Positions 28,275 to 39,023 of a stretch of DNA of 64,000 nucleotides are shown piece by piece. A program made the position numbers and the translations under genes. Each line of letters begins with the position of its first letter. The first letter of the stretch is position 1. The stretch comes from Maribacter sp. Its GTDB lineage: Bacteria; Bacteroidota; Bacteroidia; Flavobacteriales; Flavobacteriaceae. The DNA lies in assembly GCA_024643345.1 (NCBI GenBank), contig JAHENB010000009.1, forward strand, positions 2,132-66,131. The letters run 5' to 3'. The notes under the pieces were generated by a model, which worked only from the letters and a program-made list of their open reading frames with translations, was not told the origin of the DNA and did not search any database.

Positions 28275-28973
28275 CTATTTAATAATTCTCAAAATAAAAC
28301 CTTGACCATGGATGTTATCAATTCTGATATTGGGGTCATTTTCCAAATATTTCCTGAGGTGTGACACAAAGACGTTGAGGCTTTTCCTATTGAAGTAATC
28401 ATTTTTTCCCCAGATCTTCATCAATATATCCCTGTGGCTACAGAGTTGGTTCGCTCTTTGTGCCAAGTAGGTCAAAAGTTCCGATTCCCTGGTGGTCAAT
28501 TGAACGGACGTACTTTCGCTGGTCAACTGTTGCATGCTGCCATCGAATATAAAACGGCCAATCTTAAATGTTTTATTGTTCGTCGAGGATGTCTCCGATC
28601 GATTTAATCGGGCAAGTAAATTATTAATTCTCACTACCAATTCTTCTTCATCGATCGGTTTTTTTAAATAATCTACAGCACCTAGGGAAAATCCTTTTAA
28701 AACATCAATTTTCATCGACCTGGCACTAAGGAAAAGAAAAGGCAGGTTAGCGGATAAACTTTTAATTCTCGACGCAAGATCGAAGCCATCGATATCGGGC
28801 ATCATAATATCGAGGATGGCCAAATCATATAAACCGCCCTGCAATAATCCCAGGGCCTCCTTTCCGTTTTTGGCCCAATCCACATAAAAACCCTTCATGC
28901 CTAAATATTCTTTGAGTATATAACCCAAAGAGGCATCATCCTCTACCAGTATAATCTTATATTTTTTCTCCAT
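28275..28973 (-). CDS. OmpR-family response regulator
   Basis: 232 aa. It has a receiver domain (ILVEDD...DLAILDIMMPDIDG) plus a winged-helix C-terminus. It overlaps the kinase gene by 17 nt. Confidence 0.9.
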   Translation of the reverse strand: MEKKYKIILVEDDASLGYILKEYLGMKGFYVDWAKNGKEALGLLQGGLYDLAILDIMMPDIDGFDLASRIKSLSANLPFLFLSARSMKIDVLKGFSLGAVDYLKKPIDEEELVVRINNLLARLNRSETSSTNNKTFKIGRFIFDGSMQQLTSESTSVQLTTRESELLTYLAQRANQLCSHRDILMKIWGKNDYFNRKSLNVFVSHLRKYLENDPNIRIDNIHGQGFILRIIK

Positions 28974-30243
28974 TTTGAATCAAAGGAATTATGATGGTTA
29001 CGACGGTACCTTTTTCCAAATCGCTCACAATGGTAATTTTACCCTTATGACCATCTACCACGCGTTTGGCATAACTTAAACCCAGACCATATCCTTTGGT
29101 CTTGTAAAGATCGCCATTGGGAACCCGATAGTATTTTTTAAAAACCTTGTGCAGGTCTTTTTGGGCAATTCCGATGCCATTGTCACTGACCCTTATTCTT
29201 AATCTTTTTTCCTCTTTTTCGGCACTAAGTTCGATTTTTGGATCGGAGGCATATTTTTTTGCGTTTTCCAAAACATTGTTAATGGCATTCTCCAAATGCG
29301 CGGGAGCGGAGTTCACAATATAATTTCCAGGCTGCAAATTATAGGTAAACTCGAACTTTTCAAGGGAAGACAATGCATTGAATTCCGCACAAAGTTTCTC
29401 CAGCAAGGGTCGAATGTTCATTTTAGTCAATTGGATCGCTTTCTTTCCCTGTTCCAAATTGCCGATATCGAGTACCTTATCGATGTGCTTTTTCAATCTT
29501 TCCACCTCCTGTCTTATAATGGCCACCACAGGTTTATTTTTGGCGTCGCCTTCTTCTTCCAGAATCTTAGTGGCCAATCCTATGGAAAAGACAGGAGTCT
29601 TTAATTCATGGGTGAGGTTATTAATAAATTCGTTGGTGGTGGTGATAAAATTATTTTGCCAATAAAATGATCTGAGTATCCAGATGACCACCAGGATTAT
29701 GGCAATAAAAAAGATTAGGCTGGGAATGGTAAGACCGTTTAACTTAGACAGGAAGTAAGAATTCAAATCCATAAATTGCAATTCCAAAACCAGGTCTTCG
29801 TGCACCAATCCTGGGAGATATCCCTGCATTTCAATTGGGTATTTCATCAGTTCCTTTTCCTGGCCCAATTTTGCGGGAGATTTTAAATAAAAAGTGGAGT
29901 CTCTCGAAAACAAAGCAAAAGTAAAGTCGGTATCAATTCCGCCCAAAGCCAGTTTATATTTTATGAAATCCTTTAAAAAATAGGCAGAAGCCTCACGGAC
30001 ACTATCAATATCTACAGTAAAATAGGTTGAATCATTGGTCATGGTAGTACCAATCATAAAGGTCAATTTGTTAACCCCTTTGAGTTCGTCTTGAAGGCCT
30101 TGATTTACGGTTTCCACTTTTTTGGAGAATTGTACCTTGGCCAGGTTTAGTCCAACCCTCAAGTATTGGTATTGAACCACAAATAACCCAATGATGGAGA
30201 TGACCAGAATTGCGATATAAAACGTTCTTTTCTTAAAAACCAT
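28957..30243 (-). CDS. sensor histidine kinase
   Basis: It has an H-box (NNLTHELKTPV), an N-box and a G-box (GYGLGLSY). The track start at 30300 is GTG; I prefer the ATG at 30243 (MVFKKRTFYIAILV). Confidence 0.88.
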   Translation of the reverse strand: MVFKKRTFYIAILVISIIGLFVVQYQYLRVGLNLAKVQFSKKVETVNQGLQDELKGVNKLTFMIGTTMTNDSTYFTVDIDSVREASAYFLKDFIKYKLALGGIDTDFTFALFSRDSTFYLKSPAKLGQEKELMKYPIEMQGYLPGLVHEDLVLELQFMDLNSYFLSKLNGLTIPSLIFFIAIILVVIWILRSFYWQNNFITTTNEFINNLTHELKTPVFSIGLATKILEEEGDAKNKPVVAIIRQEVERLKKHIDKVLDIGNLEQGKKAIQLTKMNIRPLLEKLCAEFNALSSLEKFEFTYNLQPGNYIVNSAPAHLENAINNVLENAKKYASDPKIELSAEKEEKRLRIRVSDNGIGIAQKDLHKVFKKYYRVPNGDLYKTKGYGLGLSYAKRVVDGHKGKITIVSDLEKGTVVTIIIPLIQNGEKI

Positions 30244-30426
30244 GACCCTAAACAACAAAAAATTAATCCAAAACAGGATTAATTTATTTTTGATTAACAC
30301 AATTAACCTTTCCTTAATCCTTTTACATTCTCCTTAGAACAATGCCTTCTCCCAATCCCCTAATTTAGCCATAAGTTTAGTTAGTTTGATTCATATTTTG
30401 AAATCTTAAAAGTAGTGATTGTTCAC

Positions 30427-30456
30427 CGGGCCAACCTTTACCGATTGGCCCGTTTT
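30427..30456 (+). terminator. terminator-like hairpin in the 5' leader of the barrel gene (possible attenuator)
   Basis: CGGGCCAA-10 nt-TTGGCCCG is a perfect 8-bp stem followed by TTTT. It ends 20 nt before the ATG at 30477, and no plus-strand gene lies upstream. Confidence 0.45.
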
Positions 30457-30476
30457 GTCTAAATGAAATTTTGCTC

Positions 30477-31631
30477 ATGAAATATACATATAGAATGCAC
30501 TTGGTTTGTACCCTTATTTTTATGGCAATATCGATAAACGGATTGTTTGCCCAAGGATGCGTTGCAATACGTCATTTTTCGTCCTGTATCGGCTCCGACC
30601 TTGAAAGTAACCTTTTGGCTCAAGGAGACCTGCAAGTTGGTATGAATTATCGCTATTTCAAATCGTTCAGACATTTTAGGGGAACGGAAGAAGAACCCGA
30701 TCGGGTTTCGAACAACACAGAAGTAATCAACCATGCCCATGCTTGGGATTTTTTTCTTACCTATGGAATTAACGACCGCTGGTATGCCAGTGCCACCCTG
30801 CCGTTAGTGATCAATAGTCGATCTTCCCTTTATGAACACGGAAGGACCGAACGCAATACGACCTTCTCACGGGGCGTTGCCGACATCCGTTTGGGTGCCG
30901 GCTACTGGTTGCTGGAACCTGAAGATCATCTCAATGGAAACATTGCCGTTGGTGTTGGGATTAAGCTCCCAACCGGAAATTTCAATGCTTCGGACATCTT
31001 TTACAATGTAGGCCCAAATGGAGAACCACAAGTACGACCCGTAGACCAGTCCATACAACCTGGAGACGGTGGTTTTGGGATGACGGTCGATTTTCAGATA
31101 TATCAAAAAATAGCGGAAGACCTCTTCGGGTATGGCAGTGGTTTTTACCTTTTCAACCCTAAGGAAACCAATGGCACCAGAACTTTTAGGGAAACTTTAA
31201 GCCCTATCTTACAAAACGAAGCGATTATGTCTGTTCCCGATCAATATTCCTTGAGGGTCGGGTTAAGCTATAGTGCTTCCCCACGGATTTCCACATCGTT
31301 GGGTGCCCGGTTCGATTGTGTTCCGGTGGAAGATCTAATTGGGGGAAGTGCAGGCTTCAGAAGACCTGGCAATGTTTTATCGATCGACCCTGGCATAGCC
31401 CTTATGTACAACAATGTAACCTTCAATTTAAATGTCCCTGTGGCCGTTCGTAGAGAACGCCCCCAGAGTGTGACGGATCTTCAAACGGAAATCGCCACTG
31501 GGGAGCCTCGCAACGGAGATGCAGCTTTTGCGGATTATGTGATCAATTTTTCAGTGTCTTATCGCTTTTCAAAAAACAGAATCAATATAGAACCCATCAT
31601 TCCTGAGGTCGAATTGAAAAACCACAATTGA
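30477..31631 (+). CDS. putative outer-membrane beta-barrel protein
   Basis: The track starts at TTG 30471; the ATG at 30477 gives MKYTYRMHLVCTLIFMAISINGLFAQ. Alternating hydrophobic strands run throughout. The family is uncertain. Confidence 0.65.
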   Translation: MKYTYRMHLVCTLIFMAISINGLFAQGCVAIRHFSSCIGSDLESNLLAQGDLQVGMNYRYFKSFRHFRGTEEEPDRVSNNTEVINHAHAWDFFLTYGINDRWYASATLPLVINSRSSLYEHGRTERNTTFSRGVADIRLGAGYWLLEPEDHLNGNIAVGVGIKLPTGNFNASDIFYNVGPNGEPQVRPVDQSIQPGDGGFGMTVDFQIYQKIAEDLFGYGSGFYLFNPKETNGTRTFRETLSPILQNEAIMSVPDQYSLRVGLSYSASPRISTSLGARFDCVPVEDLIGGSAGFRRPGNVLSIDPGIALMYNNVTFNLNVPVAVRRERPQSVTDLQTEIATGEPRNGDAAFADYVINFSVSYRFSKNRINIEPIIPEVELKNHN

Positions 31632-31983
31632 TTCCCAAGAAAGTTTTGAATTATTTTCTTGCCTAGGCAGACACGGTACATAGTAATTATAACACCATGG
31701 GCCATGGCTTGCCCGTTACCGTTCCAATGAATTACACAGAGATTAAGTGTGTATTTAAGCGTATTGATCAGGCCTGCCTATCCCATTATTGTTTTTGGCT
31801 TCATCACGGTCAAATATCTTAGAGGCCATTGATTTATTATCCATTTTGGTTTGCCAACTCGTAATTCCTAGATAATAGCTTATTCTGCGAAGTCTTGTTG
31901 AAACAAGAATCAATATTTTTTGAATTCCATGATCTCATTTCTCATTGATTTAAATCAGGGAGGAGTGAGGTTTAGATTCTTTT

Positions 31984-33255
31984 TTAATTCTTCCTTTGCG
32001 CTTTGATGAAAACATCGATATTATCTGGGCGATCGTTTTCAAAATGTAGCATCGTGAGCCCGTCATCGTTTTGACCAATTACTGCCGGTATCGAATTTGT
32101 GGTTAAGAACCAACCCGACGGTAAAACCACCGTATTTCGATTTCTTCCAAAACTTCTATCCCATACCAATTGGTCTTTAAAAATAAGATAACGGTTCGGG
32201 TCGGTATAAGTTTCCGATATTCGCAGTCTTTTTGATTCTCCTGTATTCACGGGATCGAACCAAATGACCACCACTTCGGTATTTGGGCTTATTTCTTCAT
32301 CAATAATAATTCCCCGTTCTGCGATTTTATCCCCTTTTAAGGTTTCTACTTTCAAATCCTCTCCAGTGTCCAATAATAGGGCCGAAGGATTGGAAGCTTT
32401 GCTGCCTGTCCTGACCACATTTAAATACCGGTCCATTCCCAGCCGTTTTTCCGTATAGTCGTGGTATAATCGGAAAGAATGGGTTTCCGGTTGCTGCAAG
32501 AAATACACAATATCCCTGTCTTGGTAGGCTCGCTCAGAAAACGTAAACCCCAAGCGGGCTTTGGAGTCATCCCAACCTGTTGCTGTTCCCGGTACATATT
32601 GCTCTTCTTGGGCAAGTTTAATACTGATATTTTGGGGAAGACGTCGTGCTTTTATAACCAATGGAACCGCTTCCGGGCCCCGATTCATAAAACTGACCTT
32701 AATCCGGGCATCGTCGGTAAGTTGTACTTGGGAAGGATAGTTACAGGAGGTTAGCTCATATCCCAATGGCAGTACAATACTATTGCGTTTGATTCCCAGC
32801 GATCGAGAAAAGACAAGCGTATTTTGTTCGCTATAATAACTGGAGGCATCATGATAGGTCTTGTCTATCCGCATTCTGGCTTGTCCGCCTTCGGGAACTG
32901 GCCTGGCCAATTTTATCTGCAAATAGTCCGTATCGAGGACAGCTTCCGAAAAACCATTTTTTTGGGCATCCTCTCCACGCACAACTTCCCATAGCAAGGG
33001 TTTGCCCGTGTAAAGATCGATCACCCCGTTCACCTTATGCGCGCTGCCCTTTCTTAGGGTGTTCCAATAATATTGTGCTCCCGTTGTTGTGGCACTCACT
33101 TCAAAAATAATTCGAAATGACTGTGCTTCAGGTGCCAATAATTCGTATTGGGTGTATAGGTCGGTTTCGGTTTGTTGGCCCCAACTGGAAACCAAAGAAC
33201 AGATCAGAATCAAAAAACAGCTATAGGCACTTATCGAGGGTATTTTCATTTTCAT
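31984..33255 (-). CDS. secreted protein made of two homologous domains
   Basis: 423 aa with a signal peptide. The N-half RMRIDKTYHDASSYY..LVFSRSLGIKRNSIVLPLGYELT aligns with the C-half RLRISETYTDPNRYL..LVWDRSFGRNRNTVVLPSGWFLT. Confidence 0.7.
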   Translation of the reverse strand: MKMKIPSISAYSCFLILICSLVSSWGQQTETDLYTQYELLAPEAQSFRIIFEVSATTTGAQYYWNTLRKGSAHKVNGVIDLYTGKPLLWEVVRGEDAQKNGFSEAVLDTDYLQIKLARPVPEGGQARMRIDKTYHDASSYYSEQNTLVFSRSLGIKRNSIVLPLGYELTSCNYPSQVQLTDDARIKVSFMNRGPEAVPLVIKARRLPQNISIKLAQEEQYVPGTATGWDDSKARLGFTFSERAYQDRDIVYFLQQPETHSFRLYHDYTEKRLGMDRYLNVVRTGSKASNPSALLLDTGEDLKVETLKGDKIAERGIIIDEEISPNTEVVVIWFDPVNTGESKRLRISETYTDPNRYLIFKDQLVWDRSFGRNRNTVVLPSGWFLTTNSIPAVIGQNDDGLTMLHFENDRPDNIDVFIKAQRKN

Positions 33256-34046
33256 TTTAAGGATATGTTTTCAATCAATGACCTTGGTCTTTACGTCAGC
33301 TCCGTCAATGCCACATATTTGGGATAGCTAAATAATTCCTGTTCAATTATTTTTTTTAAGCCGCTTCAAAGTTACCAACTATTGAAACTTCTCTTTTCGT
33401 CATTTCAAATCAGGGAGATAAAAATGCTATATCAGCAAATGGAATAGTACTTCATATCACTGTTGCAGACCTTGTGTGCCTTCCAAGACCACCTAAAGAT
33501 AATAATTACATTCAACTTAATATGGAAATTCAGTTCGTTGCATTAAAAGTAAACAGGTTATGGTAGGCGTATCAATGTCATTTAAATGGCCACGCTTCAA
33601 TGGGATGATTTAACTACAAGTGATAATAAGTAGCGCAGGAAATAGTAATCGGGGAGGATAAAATCTTAACTATCTCAGGTTGCGATAGCCGCCAATGGCC
33701 GATTTTATTTTTGAAGCATAAAGGCCATATCCGATCACCATAATAATTACCCCTGCGAAACAGAGGTTAAGTATTAAAATGATGTCGAGAAATGTTGGCA
33801 TAAGAGGTTTAATATGTTGCTCAAAACAACCTTAAACCAAAAATAGAATTTGGGTTCAATTTCACCAACTAAATTGTATGTATGGTAAAAAAAATGGTAT
33901 AAATGGTCAAATCGATCTATTTCGAGAACCATTTATCGGATAAAGTCGTTGAAAGGAGGCCCAATTTGTAATTAATCGGTCTTTGAAAATTAGGCTCTGG
34001 AATTAGATATGGCATCAAAGGGACCATTTATCAACTCAAGAATGCT

Positions 34047-34460
34047 CTAATGAAGTGCCATAACACTTTTTTCGAAAAGTTGTATTTGGTCCTGTAGCCT
34101 TTTGATGACCATGTTCATCATGCGTTTATTGAGCGCAGAAGAGTTGGTGATATAGGTGTCGTATTCTTCCACGGTAAACTGTCCGATGACCATTCCCTTG
34201 AGCGCGTTTCGGAACTTGATGTCTTTTTGGATGGCATTTTCTATAAAATCGATACGTTTTTGAAGGGCGAGCTCATGAAAGCTGTTTTTATGTTTTACAA
34301 TATAATTGGCGAATGCCGCCACCAACAAATCATTTTGCATCTTAATGATGGGCCTTAAAGTATCATTTTGAAAGTATTCATCACTGCTCATTTGATCGGT
34401 AAGTATCGCCGAGGCGATAAGGGGACGAATGGCCAATAGACTTTGTGATCGATCGCTCAT
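34047..34460 (-). CDS. hypothetical cytoplasmic helical protein
   Basis: 137-aa ORF with an ATG start. It has no signal peptide and I recognise no family. Confidence 0.55.
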   Translation of the reverse strand: MSDRSQSLLAIRPLIASAILTDQMSSDEYFQNDTLRPIIKMQNDLLVAAFANYIVKHKNSFHELALQKRIDFIENAIQKDIKFRNALKGMVIGQFTVEEYDTYITNSSALNKRMMNMVIKRLQDQIQLFEKSVMALH

Positions 34461-34949
34461 AGGTTTTGTTTTTATAAAGATAGGGAATAGGGGGAAGGGC
34501 TATTTTAAGAACGGAGGGAGTTTTTAACGGGTTTATGAACATTGCGGGCTAAAATTACCCAACCAACGAATTAAACGTGAAAAAATTCTGTGTTTTATCA
34601 ACCTGTATGCATATGGAACCAACCCGGAATTCCGTCAAAGGCCGTGCCCTTTGCAGGATGGTTTATTTGCCTAATTATTAGGTTTGGCTAAACTAATGGT
34701 GTGCAAGCCTTTGGCTGCTTTATTGCGTCCAAAACTTAAGTTCGACTTTGAATACCGGTTCATTCCCAATTGAACATCTTTTTTACTTCTTTTAAAACCC
34801 TCATTTTTTTGGGTTCCAAAAAATATGCCACTATTTTCTAACTATAAAGGGATGGGAAGTAGGTTTGATTGAAAAATTAAGGGAAGCTGGTATATTTAAA
34901 TCACTCTGTTTCGTACATTGAAGGCTGAAACCACTTAATTGAACTTTAT

Positions 34950-36569
34950 ATGAACAAACGACACCTGGCGCTACTTTCGCTTATTTCTTTTAATATGGCG
35001 ATCAATGCCCAAACGGCCGAAGATACCCTGAACAGAATCAACAACCTTAAACTACAAGTACAGGAAAAGGTCCAGGCCAGCTCCAAAATGGCACAGGTCA
35101 TGGTAGATAAAATATTCAGTTTTTCTGAGTTGGGCTTTCAAGAGGTGGAAACCTCCAAATACGTTACCGAGATCTTAAAGAAGAATGGGTTTGAAATAGA
35201 ATATGGCATTTCAGGTGTTCCTACGGCCTGGTGGGCCAAATGGGGTTCCGGAAAACCAGTGATAGCTTTGGGTAGTGATATCGATTGTATCCCCAAGGCC
35301 TCACAAAAACCTGGCGTAGCCTATCATGATCCGATCGTTGAGGGTGCACCTGGTCATGGCGAAGGCCATAATTCAGGTACGCCCTTGAACGTAATCGCTG
35401 CACTTTCGGTCAAGGAAATCATGGAAAGGGAAAAGATCCAAGGGACATTGATTATATGGCCAGGCGTGGCCGAGGAACAGTTGGGTACCAAAGCCTATTA
35501 TACAAGGGACGGTTATTTTGACGAGGTTGACCTTTGTATTTTTACCCATGTTTCCGATAATTTGAGTGTTTCCTACGGTCCTTCCATGGGTACCGGATTG
35601 ATTTCGGTTGAATATGCTTTTGACGGGGAGTCGGCCCATTCAGCCGGGGCACCCTGGCGGGGCCGTAGTGCCTCCGATGCGGTTGAATTGATGAACATTG
35701 GCTGGCAGTACAATCGGGAACATCTGCATCCTTTGGGTAGATCACATTCGGTAATCACCAATGGTGGCGATCAACCCAATGTGGTCCCCTCCAAAGCTTC
35801 TATATGGTATTATTTCAGGGAAATTACCTATCCTAAAATAATGGAAGTATATGAAAGGGCCAATGAAATCGCCAAAGGTGCGGCCATGATGACAAGAACG
35901 ACCATGACCAGCAGAATATTGGGCTCTGCATGGCCCATGCATTTTAATAAAACCATGGCAGAAACCATGTATTCCAATATAGTAGCGGTAGGCCTTCCCC
36001 AATGGAGCGATGAAGATCAAATACTTGCAAAAGCGGTTCAAAGGGAAGTTAAATCTCCCAAAGACACCATGGGCCTGGCAGTTAAGTTAGATTCCATTGG
36101 GCTTCCCGTGTTAGAACCCATCAGTGGTGGATCGGACGATATTGGCGATATTTCTTGGAAAGTACCTACCATAACCCTGCGTTATCCTTCCAATATTCCC
36201 GGACTTCAAGGACACCATTGGTCCAATTCCATTGCAATGGCTACGCCCATTGCCCATAAGGGTGTGGTTGCAGGGGCCAAAGTTGAAGCCATGACCCTTT
36301 TAGACCTCTTTTTGAAACCAGCTTTGGTGAGTCAGGCTTGGAACTATTTCAAAACGGAACAAGCCTCCAAACAGAAATATATCCCTATGGTATCCGCCAC
36401 CGATTCTCCGGCAACTTATCTCAATAAGGAAATTATGGATACCTATGCCCCTAAGTTGAAACCATTTTATTATAATGAAAAAAAATATGACTCCTATTTG
36501 GAACAATTGGGCATCAGCTACCCCACTTTAAGGAAAATAGGGTCCAATGCCAATACCACAGGAAATTAG
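34950..36569 (+). CDS. M20-family amidohydrolase/peptidase (AbgB-like), exported, paralog 2
   Basis: 539 aa with a signal peptide. It carries the motifs APGHGEGHNSG and GVAEEQLGTK and is collinear with the 482-aa M20 protein at 5888-7336. Confidence 0.85.
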   Translation: MNKRHLALLSLISFNMAINAQTAEDTLNRINNLKLQVQEKVQASSKMAQVMVDKIFSFSELGFQEVETSKYVTEILKKNGFEIEYGISGVPTAWWAKWGSGKPVIALGSDIDCIPKASQKPGVAYHDPIVEGAPGHGEGHNSGTPLNVIAALSVKEIMEREKIQGTLIIWPGVAEEQLGTKAYYTRDGYFDEVDLCIFTHVSDNLSVSYGPSMGTGLISVEYAFDGESAHSAGAPWRGRSASDAVELMNIGWQYNREHLHPLGRSHSVITNGGDQPNVVPSKASIWYYFREITYPKIMEVYERANEIAKGAAMMTRTTMTSRILGSAWPMHFNKTMAETMYSNIVAVGLPQWSDEDQILAKAVQREVKSPKDTMGLAVKLDSIGLPVLEPISGGSDDIGDISWKVPTITLRYPSNIPGLQGHHWSNSIAMATPIAHKGVVAGAKVEAMTLLDLFLKPALVSQAWNYFKTEQASKQKYIPMVSATDSPATYLNKEIMDTYAPKLKPFYYNEKKYDSYLEQLGISYPTLRKIGSNANTTGN

Positions 36570-36597
36570 TCAAGCCATCGGTTAATATTTGTACCAT

Positions 36598-37293
36598 ATG
36601 GAGAATAAGGTCGAGAAACATTATTTAATGCGCAGTGGTTGGCTTAGGGCAGCCATTTTAGGGGCCAATGATGGCATATTATCCACGGCAAGTATCATAA
36701 TCGGTGTTGCTGCCGCCTCCGATGTGCGTGATCCCATTGTTCTTGCAGGCGTCGCCGGACTTGTTGCCGGTGCGTTATCCATGGCGGCAGGGGAATATGT
36801 GTCTGTGAGTTCCCAAACCGATATTGAAAATGCGGATCGTGAAAGGGAAGTCTCAGAATTGGCCGAGATGCCGGAGGCTGAATTGGCGGAACTTGCGATG
36901 ATTTATCAAAATCGGGGCCTGGAAAAAGAATTGGCTTTAAAAGTCGCCGAACAGCTCACCGCGCATAATGCCCTGGAAGCCCATCTTAGGGATGAATTGG
37001 GCATTAATGAAATGACCCGCGCGAAACCCTTAACGGCCGCATTGGCATCGGGTGGCGCTTTTATTTTTGGGGGCATTTTACCAGTTTTGGCCGCATTGGT
37101 GATTCCCGTACCCAAAATGATCTACCTACAATATGCCCTGGCCATGCTGTTTTTGATTATTTTGGGAACGGTCGCGGCAAAGGCGGGTGGTTCAAATATT
37201 GCTAAAGCGGTTATCAGGATTACTTTTTGGGGTACGGTCGCTATGGGCATTACCGCCTATATTGGGTACTTGTTCGATGTAAATATGGCCTGA
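36598..37293 (+). CDS. VIT1/CCC1-family iron/manganese transporter
   Basis: It carries WLRAAILGANDGILSTASI and a C-terminal membrane domain. The track start at 36589 is TTG; the ATG is at 36598. Confidence 0.85.
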   Translation: MENKVEKHYLMRSGWLRAAILGANDGILSTASIIIGVAAASDVRDPIVLAGVAGLVAGALSMAAGEYVSVSSQTDIENADREREVSELAEMPEAELAELAMIYQNRGLEKELALKVAEQLTAHNALEAHLRDELGINEMTRAKPLTAALASGGAFIFGGILPVLAALVIPVPKMIYLQYALAMLFLIILGTVAAKAGGSNIAKAVIRITFWGTVAMGITAYIGYLFDVNMA

Positions 37294-37491
37294 TCCCGTA
37301 CTTTGAACTTAAAAATTAAAGTAGGCCAAATTATCGTAAATCATGTTTTGGAAAACCTTGGCCATGATATCCAAGACCATGAACGGCAAGTGTGCCGAAT
37401 CTTAATCAATAAGTTTGCCATAAATTCGCAATGTCTTGATATTATTTACATTAACGCATAATAAAAACTCTTTTTAACCCAACCCTTTCAA

Positions 37492-39003
37492 ATGACGAAA
37501 AGCATCAAAAACACCTTACTTGCCCTTTATTTTCTATCAACATCGATCATAATTGGCCAGGCAAAAAGAGATTCGCTAATGCCAATCCCCGAAGCACAAT
37601 CTTTTGTGACACAACATCAAATCAACAATGGCGGAAAAATCGTTCGCTATAAGGCCACCGCTTCCGAAACCTATTTGAAAGGTAAGTCCGATACCCCTGA
37701 GGCCTCCATCTGGACCGTTGCCTACACCCAAGAAGGCCTGACCGATCTTACCAAGCGACCGGTTACCTTTGTTTTTAACGGGGGTCCCGGATCGGCTTCG
37801 ATCTGGTTGCACATGGGCCTTCTGGGTCCGGAACTGGTAAAGGTCGATTCGGATGCGAAAAAAGATGATGGGGCGGCACCTTATAAAATGGTACCCAATG
37901 GCCGAGGTGTCATAGACCTGACCGACCTGGTTTTTATCGATCCTGTAGGCACAGGGTACAGTAGGGTAATCGGTAAAGGGAAGGTGGAAAACTATTGGGG
38001 CCTGGTCGAAGACGCATCTTCAATTGCACAGTTCATGCGGCAATGGATCACGGACAATAACCGTTGGATGTCCCCAAAATATATAGCCGGGGAAAGTTTC
38101 GGCACCACTAGGGCCGCGGCCGTAGCCCATACCTTGGAAGAAGGCGGCCAGAACATGGCCTTAAACGGACTCATCTTAATATCCCAGGCCTTGGATTACG
38201 CGGGATCGACCTCGGTCAACGACAATATTACTTCTTTCCTTACCTACCTCCCGAGTATGGCAGCTACGGCATGGTACCACAAGAAGGCGGGCCAAGGGAA
38301 GTCTTTGGAAGCCTTTGTGGAAGAATGCCGACAATTTACCTATGATGCATATGCGCCTGCCTTATATCGCGGAAACCTTTTGAACAAAGAAGAAAAAGGG
38401 CAGATTGCGAAAAAACTGTCCTACTTCACAGGATTGTCGGAAGCTTATATATTGCAATCAGATCTAAGGATTTTGGTGCCCAGATTCCAAAAACAATTGC
38501 TGTCTGATCAAGGCTTGGCGGTGGGACGGTTGGATGGCCGATTTATGGGCGATGAAATCGATAAAGTATCGGAAGCCCCACATTTGGGAGATGCTTCCGA
38601 CTATCAGGTCAGCGGTGCCTTTACCGCGGCTTTGAACCATTATTATGCCTCGACATTGGCGGTAAAAATGGATCGGCCTTATATTACTTCCAATGAAGCA
38701 TTGGGGGATAAATGGCGCTGGCGCCCTGTACCCGAAGGCAAGTACTGGGAGCCTACCGAGATAAACGTGGCGCGTCAACTCGGCGAGACGATGAGGAGAA
38801 ACACCCAAATGAAGGTCTTGGTAGCAGCGGGCTATTACGATTTGATCTGTCCTTTTTTTGATACGGAATATACGTTTTCCAGAAATGGAATTGCCTTGGA
38901 ACGTGTAAAGACCATCTATTTCGAAGCAGGCCATATGATGTACATCCACGAACCCGATTACCTTAAATTAACGGATGATATTCGTGCCTTTTTATCGGAA
39001 TGA
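37492..39003 (+). CDS. S10-family serine carboxypeptidase, exported
   Basis: 503 aa with a signal peptide. It has FNGGPGSAS and the nucleophile motif YIAGESFG typical of COG2939 carboxypeptidases. Confidence 0.8.
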   Translation: MTKSIKNTLLALYFLSTSIIIGQAKRDSLMPIPEAQSFVTQHQINNGGKIVRYKATASETYLKGKSDTPEASIWTVAYTQEGLTDLTKRPVTFVFNGGPGSASIWLHMGLLGPELVKVDSDAKKDDGAAPYKMVPNGRGVIDLTDLVFIDPVGTGYSRVIGKGKVENYWGLVEDASSIAQFMRQWITDNNRWMSPKYIAGESFGTTRAAAVAHTLEEGGQNMALNGLILISQALDYAGSTSVNDNITSFLTYLPSMAATAWYHKKAGQGKSLEAFVEECRQFTYDAYAPALYRGNLLNKEEKGQIAKKLSYFTGLSEAYILQSDLRILVPRFQKQLLSDQGLAVGRLDGRFMGDEIDKVSEAPHLGDASDYQVSGAFTAALNHYYASTLAVKMDRPYITSNEALGDKWRWRPVPEGKYWEPTEINVARQLGETMRRNTQMKVLVAAGYYDLICPFFDTEYTFSRNGIALERVKTIYFEAGHMMYIHEPDYLKLTDDIRAFLSE

Positions 39004-39023
39004 CCATCGAAACCATTTTATAA

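Noticed and set aside
31935-33426. Shared AAATCAGGGAG on both sides of the 423-aa gene, considered as a possible target-site duplication
   Set aside because: Only an exact 11-mer is shared, with about 50 percent identity in the flanks. Many such 11-mer pairs are expected by chance in 64 kb, and no mobile-element gene is present.
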